NCBI RefSeq assembly: GCF_001194135.2
Contig: NC_068995.1
Span: 36,047,097-36,103,944, forward strand
Direction: 5' to 3'
DNA: 56,848 nt
Origin: Octopus bimaculoides
Lineage: Eukaryota
The stretch's first letter is position 1. Each line of letters begins with the position of its first letter. A program made the translations under genes and the position numbers. The notes under the pieces were generated by a model. The model had not been told where the DNA came from. It searched no databases and saw only the letters and a list, made by a program, of their open reading frames with translations. Below, piece after piece: positions 13,344 to 25,830 of this stretch.

Positions 13344-13742
13344 TACTCTTTACTTCTTTCAGTCATTTGACTGTGGCCATGCTGCAGCACCGCCTTTAGT
13401 CGAACAAATCGACCCCAGGACTTATTCTTTGTAAGCCTAGTACTTATTCTATCGGTCTTTTTTCCTGAACCGCTAAGTTACGGGGACGTAAACACACCAG
13501 CATCAGTTGTCAAGCAATGGTGGGAGGACAAACACAGACACACAAACACACATACATATATATATATATACATATATACGACAGGCTTCTTTCAGTTTCT
13601 GTCTACCAAATCCACTCACAAGGCTTTGGTTGGCCCGAGGCTATAGTAGAAGACACTTGCCCAAGGTGCCATGCAGTGGGACTGAACACGGAACCATGTG
13701 GTTGGTAAGCAAGCTACTTACCACACAGCCACTCCTGCGCCT
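13344..13742 (-). mobile_element. tRNA-derived SINE family A, full length
   Basis: On the - strand the head reads AGGCGCAGGAGTGGCTGTGTGGTAAG (A-box) ...GTGTTCAGTCCC (B-box-like). There is an internal (AT/AC) tract and a tail ending ...TGAAAGAAGTAAAGAGTAA. Confidence 0.9.
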
Positions 13743-13886
13743 TGATATCTATCAAACATGACCTTAGTTCTCAACTTCATTATTCTGAACTGATCAATGA
13801 TTTTGTGAAGAGAAAAGTGTGCCGTATTTGTTTTTGACAGTTGCCTGGATTATAAAAGTGCTCCTTTATTCATATCAGGAAGTTTT

Positions 13887-14053
13887 CATCATCATCATCA
13901 TCATCGTTTAACGTCCACTTTCCATGCTAGCATGGGTTGGACGATTTGACTGAGGACTGGTGCAACCGGATGGCTACACCAGGCTCCAATCTAATTTGGC
14001 AGAGTTTCTACAGCTGGATGCCCTTCCTAACGCCAACCACTCAGAGAGTGTAG
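13887..14053 (-). mobile_element. Family D repeat (RTE-like 3' end terminating ACGTTAAACGATGATGATG)
   Basis: Near-identical to 20578-20755 (+), 26935-27290 (-) and 28481-28830 (-). Confidence 0.8.
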
Positions 14054-14744
14054 AAGTTTTACTTATTGAAATTTGTAATAGACCTAAATAAATTCAACTT
14101 GTACTTTTAAAGATGTTCTGTAGGACAACATGAAGTATTGAACTTCAAATGGAGTAAAGTAAAACATAACTATGAATAAAATGTGCATAGATTATGAATT
14201 TTGATTGAAGGGATGGGGCCTCTAAATGTCAGACAACAGTATAATTATATAATTATATATGTATTGTACTAAAATAGCCTAATTTCACTTTTAGCATTGA
14301 AACATTGTGAACTGAAGCATATCCAAAAACTCATTACAAAGACTTGAAATAGATCTGAACTCAAACACTGTACCATATCATCCAATCAACTTTAGCTTGA
14401 AGGGTCATGTTTTTATATTATGTAATTTATGTATTTTAGTATGTTGGTAATACACATATAGTATAATTGTATAATTATATATATGTATTGTATTGTTGTG
14501 TCTGGACATGTCTTGCCTTTATGGTACCTATATCATCATCATTTAATGTCTGTACTTCATGTTGAAGCCAATCACATAGAAGACTACACCAGGCCACTGT
14601 GTCTGTTTTGGTATCATTTTTACAGCTGGATGCCTTTCCTAACACGAACCACCCTGTGGACTGAGTGTTTTTTATGTGGCACCAGGACAGGCAATATCAG
14701 TTTTAGCATGGTCTTTACAGCTAGATGGCCTTCCAAATGTTAAC

Positions 14745-14879
<135 letters not shown>

Positions 14880-14979
14880 TTAGTAAATCATAAATCCGAA
14901 AGAGAAGCACACTGTAAGTAGAGTAATTAGATAATGATAGTTGTGGCTGGTCTATGGTGCTACTCAGAATTTCATGTCC

Positions 14980-15010
<31 letters not shown>

Positions 15011-15015
<5 letters not shown>

Positions 15016-15210
15016 TATATTTGAGAGGTGAGGAATTATGTACATTACTTACATCTGACAGATGTTTGTCCTCGTCTTCTTTGTTGTTAACACAACATTT
15101 CAGCTGATGTCCTGGGGGAATTTCGAACCTTATTATTGTTGTTGTTGTTGTTGTTGTTATTATCATTATTATTATTATTATTACTATTATTATTATTATT
15201 ATCATTATGT
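15011..15210 (-). mobile_element. Relic arm of the hammerhead-bearing palindromic element (ribozyme core deleted)
   Basis: Matches 42841-43080 (GAGGAATTATGTACATT...GTTGTTAACACAACATTTCAGCTGAT). It lacks the stem II and CTGATGA segment and is followed by (TTG/TTA)n. Confidence 0.75.
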
Positions 15211-15400
15211 GAACTTGGCTTTTTAAAGTAAGTTAAATATCGTTTGTTGTGGAAAATGATAAGTATTGTTAATCCTTCCCCTGGAGATGAGACTCTCTAC
15301 TGACTCAAGTCAGATATCGCTATTGTATTGCAGCATTTGAACTGTCTACTGTAATATAATTTCACACTAATTATTAATTATTTCTTATTCTTTTTGTTAG

Positions 15401-15474
15401 CTTATGTCAAGGCTTCCTGTTTTAAAACTGAATTGGACCCAAAATACTTACATATGCTACCAAGTGAAGATGTG
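15401..15474 (+). CDS. HtrL/YibB-like protein, coding exon 2 (stem)
   Basis: TTTTTGTTAG acceptor and GTCAGT donor. The 74 nt encode (A)YVKASCFKTELDPKYLHMLPSEDV and bridge phase 1 to phase 0, exactly linking exons 1 and 3. Confidence 0.6.
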
Positions 15475-16044
15475 GTCAGTAATCCTATTGTTTATTTTGT
15501 GGAGAAACAATGAAACTTGTCAGAAAGGAGGAATGTTTTTTCATTAAATATACTCTTCCTTTACAAATAATAGAAGGTTGAACGTGAATATATCTGTGCT
15601 TGTTTGTGTCTTTTCTAGATGACCTGCAGTAACTGGAGATTGGTGGCAATGTAAATGTACACTATTATTTGGATCTAGGGATTGCGTTGCATGAACATCA
15701 AGTATCTCAGAAATAAATGGTAATTGTCATTGAGAAATACCTGTGGCTCACAAAGTTAATGTTTAGCTTTTGCCTTTGATATCAAGAGATAAACTTATTT
15801 GCTAGATAAGACACTATCTATCATGACTAATACTCTGTAATAGGCACCAGATGACCTGACTCCTCTTTTTCTTCACATCTAGGTGAAGTGTGACACATGT
15901 ATCCAGCTCAACTGATGGCCTTTTGAATACATAAACTAGTATGTTAACTTTTCAGTTATTTTATAGACACAAAATAGCCGAGAAGCTAACATTAGTTTAC
16001 CTGTTGAATAAGTCATTGGACATTAAGGGATGCATGCTTAAAAT

Positions 16045-16432
16045 ATTGTTGTTGGCACTCTGTCGCTTACAACGTCGAGGGTTCCAGTTGATCCGATCAA
16101 CAGAACAGCCTGCTTGTGAAATTAACATGCAAGTGGCTGAGCACTCCACAGAGACGTGTACCCTTAACGTAGTTCTCGAGGATATTCAGCGTGGTACAGT
16201 GTGACAAGGCTGACCCTTTGAATTACAGGCACAACAGAAACAGGAAGTAAGAGTGAGAGAAAGTTGTGGTGGAAGAGTACAGCAGGGTTCACCACCATCC
16301 CCTGCCAGAGCCTCGTGGAGCTTTTAGGTGTTTTCGCTCAATAAACACTCACGGCATCCAGTCTGGGAATCAAAACCGCGATCCTATGAACGCAAGTCCG
16401 CTACCCCTAACCACTGGGCCATTGCGCCTCCA
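16045..16432 (-). mobile_element. tRNA-derived SINE family B, full length
   Basis: On the - strand the head reads GTGGAGGCGCAATGGCCCAGTGGTTAGG...GGTTTTGATTCCC (A/B boxes). Copies at 16980-17363, 24901-25199 (internally deleted) and 27830-28150 (diverged). Confidence 0.9.
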
Positions 16433-16790
16433 CACTTAAAATATAACTCATATAAATATATAATAACTACTGAATGGAAGCTGCTATAAGATAACAGTTG
16501 TAAGAAGTGGGGCTGGTGAACACATTTTGGTATTCAGTAGATTCATTAGATGTATGTGGTTTCTTAAATTGCAAATAAAAATCATAGCAAGTGCAACGAA
16601 TTCAAACCTTACCATGAGTCATATCTTTGCACCTCTTGGTAAAATACATAATTTTAATTTTTCCTATAATTTTCAATTTTATGTCACAGCTGGTGGATTA
16701 GCTGTAGGATGAGCGCCTAAGTGTGTACATGTAACTGCTCCAATAATATGTAAACATCTAAATTTGCAAAAAAGGAAATATATATATATA

Positions 16791-16975
16791 TAGGCATAAG
16801 TATGGCTGTGTGGTAAGAAGCTTCCTTCCCAACCACATTGTTTGGGGGTTCAGTCCCACTACATGGCACCTTGGGCAAGTGTCTTCTACTATAGCTTTGG
16901 GTTGACCAAAGCCTTGTGAGTGGATTTGGTAGACAGAAACTGAAAGAAGCCCATCGTATATATGTATGTATATAT
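16791..16975 (+). mobile_element. SINE family A 5' half
   Basis: Reverse complement of the 13560-13742 segment. 3' halves of the family on + also occur at about 17676-17897 and 19720-19950. Confidence 0.85.
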
Positions 16976-16979
16976 TGTG

Positions 16980-17359
16980 ATACTCCGTCGGTTACAACGA
17001 CGTGGGTTCCAGTTGATCCGCTCAATGGAACAGCCTGCTCGTGAAATTAACGTACAAGTGGCCGAGCACTCCACAGACATGTGTATTCGTAACATAGTTT
17101 TTCAAGGAGATTTAGCATGACACAGTGTGACAAGGCTGGCCCTTTGAAATACAGGTACAACAGAAACAAGAAGAAAGAGTGTGAGAAAGTTGTGGCAAAA
17201 GAGTACGGCAGGGTTTGCCACTCCCCCCCCCCCCTGCTGGAGTCTCATGGACCTTTAGGTGTTTTCACTCAATAAATACTCACAACACTCGGTCTGGGAA
17301 TCGAAACTACGATCCTACAACCGCGATTCCACTGCCCTAGCTACTGGGCCATTGCACCT

Positions 17360-17363
<4 letters not shown>
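16980..17363 (-). mobile_element. SINE family B copy
   Basis: Colinear with 16045-16432. Confidence 0.85.
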
Positions 17364-17415
<52 letters not shown>

Positions 17416-17424
17416 TCAATAAAG

Positions 17425-17652
17425 TCACCAGTCACCATTGGCTTCAACCATAGCTTCCAGATGACTTCGGAATTTCCTGCAACTCTTTTGGATGGTCTCC
17501 TTGTTTAAGTTGGTGAATGCTACTATAATCCTTGCCTTCAATTCATCTTTGGTGTTACAAGGAGTTTTGTTGGTCTCTCGCTCAACTGCACCCGACACAT
17601 AATCAAGGGGTTGGCAGTCTGGGGAGTTAGGTGGGCAGATGTTAGGGGTCAT
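17425..17652 (-). mobile_element. maT-like (DD37D) transposase C-terminal fragment
   Basis: PPNSPDCQPLDY...NTKDELKARI...CRKFRSHLEAMVEANGD. The nucleotide sequence matches 33383-33600. Confidence 0.85.
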
Positions 17653-18419
17653 GTCCTTCTACTATATCCTCTGGTAGATAAAAACTGAAAGAAGACCATC
17701 GTATATGTGTGTGTGTGTCCGTCCCACTTACTTGACAATTGATGTTGGTGTGTTTATATATCCATAACTTGGTGGGTTAGCAAAGGAGACCAATAGAATA
17801 AGTACTGGGGCTGATTTTGTCGATTAGGACCCTTTACGGTAGTGCTCCAGCATGGCTGCAGTCAGATGATTGAAACAAGTGAAAGAATAAAAGAATTATA
17901 AAATGAATATATTGTACAGAAAGAATTGTCATCAAAAATACAGTGCTTAAGTATTATATTTAAAATTTTTGATAATCTCATGTGTTTTTGAAGTATCCCA
18001 AAAATTCCAAAACAAATTTCAAGTTTCCAATTACATGGTAGCATTGGCTTTCTTGGGATAACAACTGGGATAAACATATATGTATGAAATTTTTGTCTGA
18101 TAATTGAAATTTAGGAAAAGGCAAAATCATTTGGTGAGCTTCATTTTTGTTTTTGCTTATGTTTACATCAAGGTCTTTCCAAATAACAACACCATATCAT
18201 TATCACAGATCAGCTAAAAATATAACAATTTTTCCTTTCTTTCACTCATCTTCAAAATACATATCTGTCTATCTTTGTCTAGTGAAGGTGTGTAGTCTAG
18301 TGGTTAGGGTGTTGCACTTGCAATCATCGATCATGTGTTTGATTCCCAGACCAGGCTGTCTGTTATTTTTTGAACAAAACACTTCATTTTACATTACTCA
18401 AGTGCAGTCTCAGAATCAG

Positions 18420-18790
18420 AGCTGGTGCATAAGTAATGATGCAGCATTCTGTGAGTATATTTCCAAGATGACAACACTGTGCAGGCAAGCAGATGGGTGG
18501 ATTTTGAGACCATTCAGAACCAGAAAAAAGGATATCATGCTACTCCTATGGAGAACTTTTGTTTTCAGTCATCTTGATTACTGCTCCCAACTGTGGTCAC
18601 TGCAGAATGGTAGAATTTGAGACAATCCAACACCACTATGCAAAGAAGATTGACTTAATGAAACTGATAAGCTACTGGGAGAGGATAAAGGAACTGAAAC
18701 TCTACTGCCTTTAAAGAAGGCGTGAAAGACATGCAGTTATATACATTACTCAAGTGCTGTGTGAGGACTGGCATGTCAAAGTATAGACCC
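18420..18790 (+). mobile_element. CR1/L2-type LINE RT C-terminal fragment
   Basis: GWILRPFRTRKKDIMLLLWRTFVFSHLDYCSQLWS. Near-identical to 22195-22500. Confidence 0.85.
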
Positions 18791-19020
18791 AGTGTTTCCT
18801 TTGCATCTTGTAAAAGGCAACTAAAAGAGGTTGAGGCAGAATTCACTCTCTGACCTTGTAAAACCCTCATCAGCAATAACTACCTAAACAGATCCTTGGA
18901 TTGAACTGTTGTTGCTTGTGTGGTACAGAGGCCTCACCTTGCCAGGAGTAGTAGGGAATCATCAAGGAATGGTGGATGAAGTGATGCACTGTTACAGCAC
19001 ATGCTCCCCATGTGCTGCTG

Positions 19021-19084
<64 letters not shown>

Positions 19085-19666
19085 CATATTCATATACAAA
19101 ATTTTCAGAAATTTTCTGTGGTCTCAGTTAGAAGAAATATACTTCTAAATATACTTCTAAATATATACATATACAACAAATATACTTCTGTAGAAACAAA
19201 TCAGTCAATATACATTTAGAATACCCTCTCTTTTCTTCCTTTCTCTCTCCCTCTCTCTCTATCACCTTTNNNNNNNNNNNNNNNNNNNNNNNNNNNNNNN
19301 NNNNNNNNNNNNNNNNNNNNNNNNNNNNNNNNNNNNNNNNNNNNNNNNNNNNNNNNNNNNNNNNNNNNNNNNNNNNNNNNNNNNNNNNNNNNNNNNNNNN
19401 NNNNNNNNNNNNNNNNNNNNNNNNNNNNNNNNNNNNNNNNNNNNNNNNNNNNNNNNNNNNNNNNNNNNNNNNNNNNNNNNNNNNNNNNNNNNNNNNNNNN
19501 NNNNNNNNNNNNNNNNNNNNNNNNNNNNNNNNNNNNNNNNNNNNNNNNNNNNNNNNNNNNNNNNNNNNNNNNNNNNNNNNNNNNNNNNNNNNNNNNNNNN
19601 NNNNNNNNNNTATATATATGTATATATGTATATATATATATATGTATGTATGTATGTATGTACATG

Positions 19667-19697
<31 letters not shown>

Positions 19698-19957
19698 GTG
19701 TGTGTGTATGTATATGTATCTATATGTGTGTTTGTATCTATGCTTGTCCCCACCACCATCGCTTGACAACTGGTGTTGATGTGTTTATATCCCCGTAACA
19801 TAGCAGTTCAGCCAAAGTTACTGATTAAATAAGTACTAGGCTTACAAAGAATAAGTCCTGGGGTCAATTTGTTCGACTAAAACCCTTTAAGGTGGTGCTC
19901 CAGCATGGCCACAGTCTAATAACTAAAGCAAGTAATAGAGTAACAGAGTATGTGTGC

Positions 19958-19993
<36 letters not shown>

Positions 19994-20299
19994 TATGTAC
20001 GTATACACATATAAATATATACATATCCTGTTGTGTCTGGGGAGAGTCATTTTCTTATTGTGCCTTAAAATTTAAACACACTCACCGGTAAAATTTCCAC
20101 TTTTCTTAAAATAANNNNNNNNNNNNNNNNNNNNNNNNNNNNNNNNNNNNNNNNNNNNNNNNNNNNNNNNNNNNNNNNNNNNNCCAAATCCCAAAACGAA
20201 ATATATACACACAGTTCTATATTTAAGAGATGAGGAATTATTTACATTATTTACATTATTTACATTTGACGGATATTTGTCCTCATCTTGTTTGTTGTT

Positions 20300-20345
20300 A
20301 ACACAACATTTCGGCTGATATACCCTCCAGCCTTCGTCAGGTGTC
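20300..20345 (-). ncRNA. Minimal type I hammerhead motif with a stem III C-to-T change
   Basis: The - strand reads GACAC CTGACGA A GGCTG GAGGGTATAT CAGCC GAAA TG TT GTGTT. Confidence 0.6.
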
Positions 20346-20400
20346 TTGGGGAAATAGTAACATCGTTAGGAATGAGAACCCAGGTTCGAAATTTCCCCAT

Positions 20401-20446
20401 GACACCTGACGAAGGCTGGAGGGTATATCAGCCGAAACGTTGTGTT
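20401..20446 (+). ncRNA. Minimal type I hammerhead ribozyme motif (Penelope-type), core intact
   Basis: GACAC-CTGACGA-A-GGCTG-GAGGGTATAT-CAGCC-GAAA-CG-TT-GTGTT. Stem I is GACAC/GTGTT, stem II is GGCTG/CAGCC and stem III is the palindrome AACGTT. Predicted cleavage is after GUU (20441). Confidence 0.75.
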
Positions 20447-20577
20447 AACAACAAACAAGATGAGGACAAATATCCGTCAAATGTAAATAATGGAAATAAT
20501 GGAAATATATACATATCCTTCCATTTCTATTCAACTAGAATTTCTCTGAACATTGAGTATATCTCTTTTCATCTCGT

Positions 20578-20755
20578 AAATGCACCCACTACACTCTCTG
20601 AGTGGTTGGCGTTAGGAAGGGCATCCAGCTGTAGAAACTCTGCCAAATCAGATTGGAGCCTGGTGTAGCCATCTGGTTTCACCAGTCCTCAGTCAAATCG
20701 TCCAACCCATGCTAGCATGGAAAGCGGACGTTAAACAACGACGACGACAACAACT
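20578..20755 (+). mobile_element. Family D repeat copy
   Basis: Reverse complement of 13887-14053; ends ACGTTAAACAACGACGACG. Confidence 0.8.
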
Positions 20756-20799
20756 GCAAATAAATAGGTATATATTTGTCCTCCCATCTCTATTCTACT

Positions 20800-21490
20800 A
20801 GAAGTGCCCTGGACTTTGAGTGTCACTCTCTTCACCTCTCCCTCCCTCTCTTTTTGTCTCTTAATCTACTTGCCTTCTTTCACACCCCACTTCCTCTCGC
20901 TCTCTCTCTCTCTCTCTCTCTATACCCCTCATCATATATTCACTAAATCTCCACCCTTTCTCCATTTACCCCCCCCCCAACTTCCTTCCTCTCTTCCCCT
21001 CCACTTACTCTCATCTGTTTCCCTCCAGTCCTTCTTCTCAGCCACCTCCTCTCCCTCTTCACCTCCTCCTCTCTATTAAATCTCCAGTCTCCCCCCCATT
21101 CATCCTCCTCTCCCTTCTTCCTTCACCTTCCAGCTGCTCTCCTCTCTCAGTCTTCCTCCATTCTTCACTCTCAACCTCCTCTCCCCCTCCACTTGCTCTT
21201 CTCTTTGTCTCAGTCTACCCTACCACCCACTCGCCCCCTCACACATCCATTTACTCCCTTTCCTCACCCTCTACTTACTCTCCACTCTTACCCTCCACTT
21301 GCTCTCCTCTCTCACTCTTTGCTTGCTTCCCTCTCTGTTTCAACTTACTCTCTCCTCTCCCTCCTCTAATAATCCCATCATTCCTTCTCTCTCTTACTCT
21401 CTCACTCTCTCCCTCTATCTATCTCTTGCTATCTCTCTATCTCTCTCTTTCACTTGCTCTCTCTCTCTCTCCCCCTCTCTTTCTCTCTAC
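20800..21490. repeat. Long CT-rich polypyrimidine low-complexity tract
   Basis: About 700 bp that is strongly C/T-biased on + and includes (CT)n runs. Confidence 0.9.
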
Positions 21491-21749
21491 CTACAAACAC
21501 TGTACACATATGACCATACACCACAAAGAAGGAGGTAAATAGTGCAGATGGGGGCTGATCATGTTCCTGAAAGAAAATAATTTGCTCACAATCATGCAAC
21601 ATGGTTTCCATCCAGGAAGGAACTGCCTCACACGGCTACTACAACATTATGACTAGGTACTGAAACAGCAGCTCAACCACTCAAATGTGGCTCAACTTTA
21701 CCAAGATCTTTGACAAAGTTGATCATGGGACAATATGTCACAAACTACA

Positions 21750-22830
21750 TGACCTTGATATCACTGGAAAACTAGGGGAGTGACTGTATGGCCTTTTAAA
21801 AGGCAGAAGTCAGACAGTTGTAATCAGTGGTGCTATCTCAGGGGATTCATCAATTCTAAGTGGAGACCCATAAGGAATTGTATTGGGACCACTACTGCTT
21901 GCGGTGGTTTTCACAGACATGCCTTCAGCCATACAGTCAGCCACTCTTACCAGCTATGCTGATGATACAAAAGTATCACAAATGGTCAAGGACCCTGATG
22001 ACATGATATACTAAAATTTAAAAATATCTGAGTGCAATATATAAATAGACTGATAAAAATAGCATGCAGTTCAATACTAAGAAGTTTCATGAACTCTGCT
22101 ATCAGCCAATAAACAGACTACAGTCAGAATACACAGGATCAAGGGGTAGTGCAATCCCAAAATCAGAGTCAGTGCATGACCAGGGAATTCACATGAGTAA
22201 TGATGCAGCATTCTGTGTGTGTATTACCAAGATGACAACACTGTGCAGGCAAGTAGCTGGATGAATGTTGAGATCATTCAGGACCCGGAAAAAGGATATT
22301 ATGCTACTACTATGGAGAACTTTTGTTTTCAGTCATCTGGATTACTGCTCCCAACTGCGGTCACTGCAGAATGTTCACCTAGTGGTAGAATTTGAGACAA
22401 TCCAGCACCACTACACAAAGAAGATTGGCTTAATGAAACTGATAAGCTACTGGGAGAGAGTAAAGGAACTGAAACTCTACTGCCTTTAGAGAAGGCTTAA
22501 AAGATATGCAGTAATATACATTTAGAAGATCCTGGAATGTCTAGTCTCAAATTTGGAATTGAAATCTATACCAGCCACTGAACTGGACAGCATTGCATTG
22601 TGCCGAAGATTCTGTCTTCCCCATATAAAATAAGGAACCAGAACTCTAACAGTTGTGGCTTCAATGGTCCACAACTATTCAACATTCTGCCAAACAGCCT
22701 CAGAGATGCAGAGGTCTTCATGGAATATCTGGAGAAATTTTTATCTGAGATGAACCCACGTTGCAGGAGACACAAAGAAGAGTAGCTTCATCCAACTCAC
22801 TACTTCACCAGAAACTGTACAATAAAAAAA
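21750..22830 (+). mobile_element. CR1/L2-type LINE RT and C-terminus, degraded
   Basis: Degenerate GVPQG.VLGP motif, then SYADDTKVSQ, MQFNTKKF, HLDYCSQL and NGPQLFNILPNSLR, with stops and frameshifts. Confidence 0.85.
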
Positions 22831-23101
22831 CACAGTCACACTGAAAGGTGATGCCGCAGCATGGTCTCAGCCTCTAACTGAAACTAGTAAAGGATAAAAG
22901 AAAAGATTAAGTTTCCTACATTGTTCATATTCATAATTGTTCAGTTTAATTTTTGGAGTGAAATTTGAAGCTTTGAAGTTATAGGATAAATCTTCGGAGG
23001 AAATTTGTGATATTTATGCCTTTCCTAATCGTGTCTGCAAAATGGTTAGAAATGATATTTGAATTATAATTTTACTTCAACAATATTTTCTTCTGTTTCA
23101 G

Positions 23102-23568
23102 ATTCCAATGCACATGAAGAAAAAACACAAAGCATTTGAACATTCTGAAAATGTGACACTAGTTACGGCTTATTTCCAATTAGACACCTTTAGAAAGGGT
23201 GGAAATAGTCACGTAAACCCCAATGTATATAAAAAGTGGTGTTCTGTTTATTCTCGGATTCTCAATCCAGTCGTTTTCTTCACAGACTCTCCAGAGATTC
23301 TCTCAATGTTTAAAAAACTGCGATCACCAAGTTTAGATAACTTAACAAAATTGATCCTGGTTAATCGAACAGACTTGTGGGCATTTAGTCTGAAACCCCA
23401 AATTGCTAAAATATTCAGTCAAGCTGATTATCCAAAATTCCATCCAAACACTGTGATACCTGACTATTCTTGTGTGATGCATGCTAAATATGAGCTACTC
23501 AAAAAGTCTATCCAACAGAATTATTTTCACACAAACTTTTTTATGTGGATTGACTTTGGATATTTTCG
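23102..23568 (+). CDS. HtrL/YibB-like protein, coding exon 3
   Basis: TTCTGTTTCAG acceptor (phase 0) and CG|GTAAGT donor (phase 2). Contains VTLVTAYF, LNPVVFFTD, YSCVMHAKYELL and FMWIDFGY, which I recognise as HtrL_YibB family motifs. Confidence 0.85.
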
Positions 23569-23679
23569 GTAAGTGTTATGTATTTAAATAATAATTGTTT
23601 TTATTTATTCAGTACCTATGTCTGTCTACTTATTTATATATATTTAATACAAATTTCTATACTTGGTTATAATTCAAAT

Positions 23680-23900
23680 ACTTATTTATGGGGTTCCTCA
23701 AAGCTCTGTCCTTGGTCTATTACTCTTCTTAAAGTATATATATTAATGAATTACATTCTATCACACAGTATAGTTTATCATTTTGCAGATGACACAAATT
23801 TAGTCTATTCTGGTTCAACAGAGAAATTATAAGGAATGAATATAATCAAAATTTAAGAAGTTTTTACCAATTTGTCTGCCTCTACTGCAACAAAATTTAA
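23680..23900 (+). mobile_element. Short LINE RT fragment
   Basis: GVPQSSVLGLLLF...VYHFADDTNL across a frameshift. Confidence 0.7.
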
Positions 23901-23942
23901 ATTGTTCTTTACTCTAAAGCAAGAAAACAAACACAAGATTTA

Positions 23943-24278
23943 CTCTTTTACTCTTCTACTTGTTTCAGTCATTTGACTGTGGCCATGCTGGAGCACCGCC
24001 TTTAGTCGAATAAATTGACCCCAGGACTTATTCTTTGAAAGCCTAGTACTTATTCTATCGGTCTTTTTTGCCGAACCGCTACGTTACGGGGATGTAAACA
24101 CACCACCATCGGTTACCAAGCGATGCTGGGAGGACAAACACAGACACACAAACATATACACACACATACATATATATATATACATATATACGACGGGCTT
24201 CTTTCAGTTTCCGTCTACCATATCCACTCACAAGGCTTTGGTCGGCCTGAGGCTATAGTAGAAGGTGCTACGCAGTGT
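23943..24278 (-). mobile_element. SINE family A copy, head-truncated
   Basis: Colinear with 13344-13660. Confidence 0.85.
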
Positions 24279-24289
24279 GNNNNNNNNNN

Positions 24290-24322
<33 letters not shown>

Positions 24323-24900
24323 TATGTATGCGTGTGTGTGTGTATGTATAGAAAAAGTAAAGAAACTGGGTGCGTGTTGTACTACATGGATATATCAGGG
24401 GTTGAACAGAAAGAATACAACAAGCAGAAAAAGTTAGACAAAAGCAGAACAAATGGGGAAACTAGATGAAAACTTAATGGACAGGAAATTAGACAAAGGC
24501 ATGATACATGGAATATTCATAGCTGAGTTTTCCTCGTCAGTCAATGACACAAAATATCATAGTGGTTTCATGTCATTACCATTGAGACAACTCAATTTTA
24601 CAGGCACTTGTGCTATTATTAAGCCACTGGGAAAAAGCTAGCGAATGTATACTAAGACAGAAGCAAACAAGACATATAAATACAACAAACAAAGAATTAT
24701 GCATATATAACAGCACAAAGCCTAATGGCTATATACAACAGAAGAAAAGAAATAATTTTACATATACCACAAATACAACAGAAAGAGCTTTGCAGCTATC
24801 AAACAAACTTAGTGGCTGCTGCTTTCGTCTGACTTTTTCTCCTAGTTGTATTCTTTCTGTTTAACCCTTGATACATACATACATACATACATACATACAT

Positions 24901-25199
24901 TGTTGTTGGTATTCCGTCGCTTACGACGTCGAGGGTTCCAGTTGATCCGATCAACAGAACAGCCTGCTCGTGAAATTAACATGCAAGTGGCTGAGCACTC
25001 CACAGACACGTGTACCCTTAACGTAGTTCTCAGGGATATTCAGAGTGACACAGTGTGTGACAAGGCTGACCCTTTGAATTACAGGCACAACAGAAACAGG
25101 AAGTAAGAATGAGAGAAAGTTGTGGTGGAAGAGTACAGCAGGGTTCGCCACCATAACCGCGAGTCCGCTGCCCTAACCACTGGGCCATTGCACCTCCAC
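24901..25199 (-). mobile_element. SINE family B copy with an internal deletion
   Basis: Colinear with 16045-16432 but lacks about 90 bp between ...CGCCACCAT and AACCGCGAGTCC. Confidence 0.85.
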
Positions 25200-25469
25200 A
25201 TACATACATACATACATACATACATACATACATACATACATACATACATACATACGTGTGTGTGTGTGTGTGTATACAAGGCCTTGCAGATAAACTGAGA
25301 CCAATTTTAAGCAGTTTAACATTCCATTTTTTGACAAAACTTTGCTTGCTTGAAAATCTAATCCTCCTGTTTATTTTTAAGATAAATAGCGAACTGATTT
25401 GACAGCAGAAAGTCATGGAACAACATAATTGTCTCACCATAGTTGTTTTGGCATGCACTGGGCACACTG

Positions 25470-25830
25470 CCAATAAAATTGATAAGTTGACAAAATTTCC
25501 AAAAAGAGCAATTTATCATGGGTATAAACAATTTATAGAAGAAAGAAAGATTAATAGAAAAGAACACAAAACTTGAAGTGATTCCAAACACAATCCAAAA
25601 TTTCTCACTGGCCTCAAATGCTCAATTGAAGCCAACCCATTCATATCCATGGCAACTCTTGCAAAGAAACACAGTATCCAGAGCCGTGAGCAGGAACCTT
25701 GGCATGACTAACTATGTTCGATGATGCTATCATCTCCTAACAGCCAAAGCCAAAAGCAGTCAGAGCTGAGAGATGCCCAAAGTTTCTGTTATTCATCAAG
25801 CATCAAGGTGCAGGAAAAACTCAAAAATTT
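25470..25830 (+). mobile_element. Tc1/maT-like transposase N-terminal fragment
   Basis: FPKRAIYHGYKQFIEERKINRKEHK...LKCSIEANPFISMATLAKKH...NLGM..Y...LLTAKAK..RAERCPK resembles a Tc1/mariner HTH region. Confidence 0.55.

Larger units (their letters stand above)
20209..20500. mobile_element. Palindromic hammerhead-bearing element with the central tRNA-like heads deleted
   Basis: The left arm (20209-20355) is the reverse complement of the right arm (20390-20500). Same family as 42841-43632. Confidence 0.85.

Noticed and set aside
13660-13742. tRNA-like sequences with A/B boxes (also at about 16350-16432, 17280-17363 and 43081-43198)
   Set aside because: These are SINE or element heads followed by repeat bodies, with no complete cloverleaf; they are not tRNA genes.
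15619-15719. Possible extra exon (TTTTCTAG...ATG|GTAATT) in the HtrL-like intron 2
   Set aside because: It has stops in all three frames, and exons 2 and 3 already join in phase without it.
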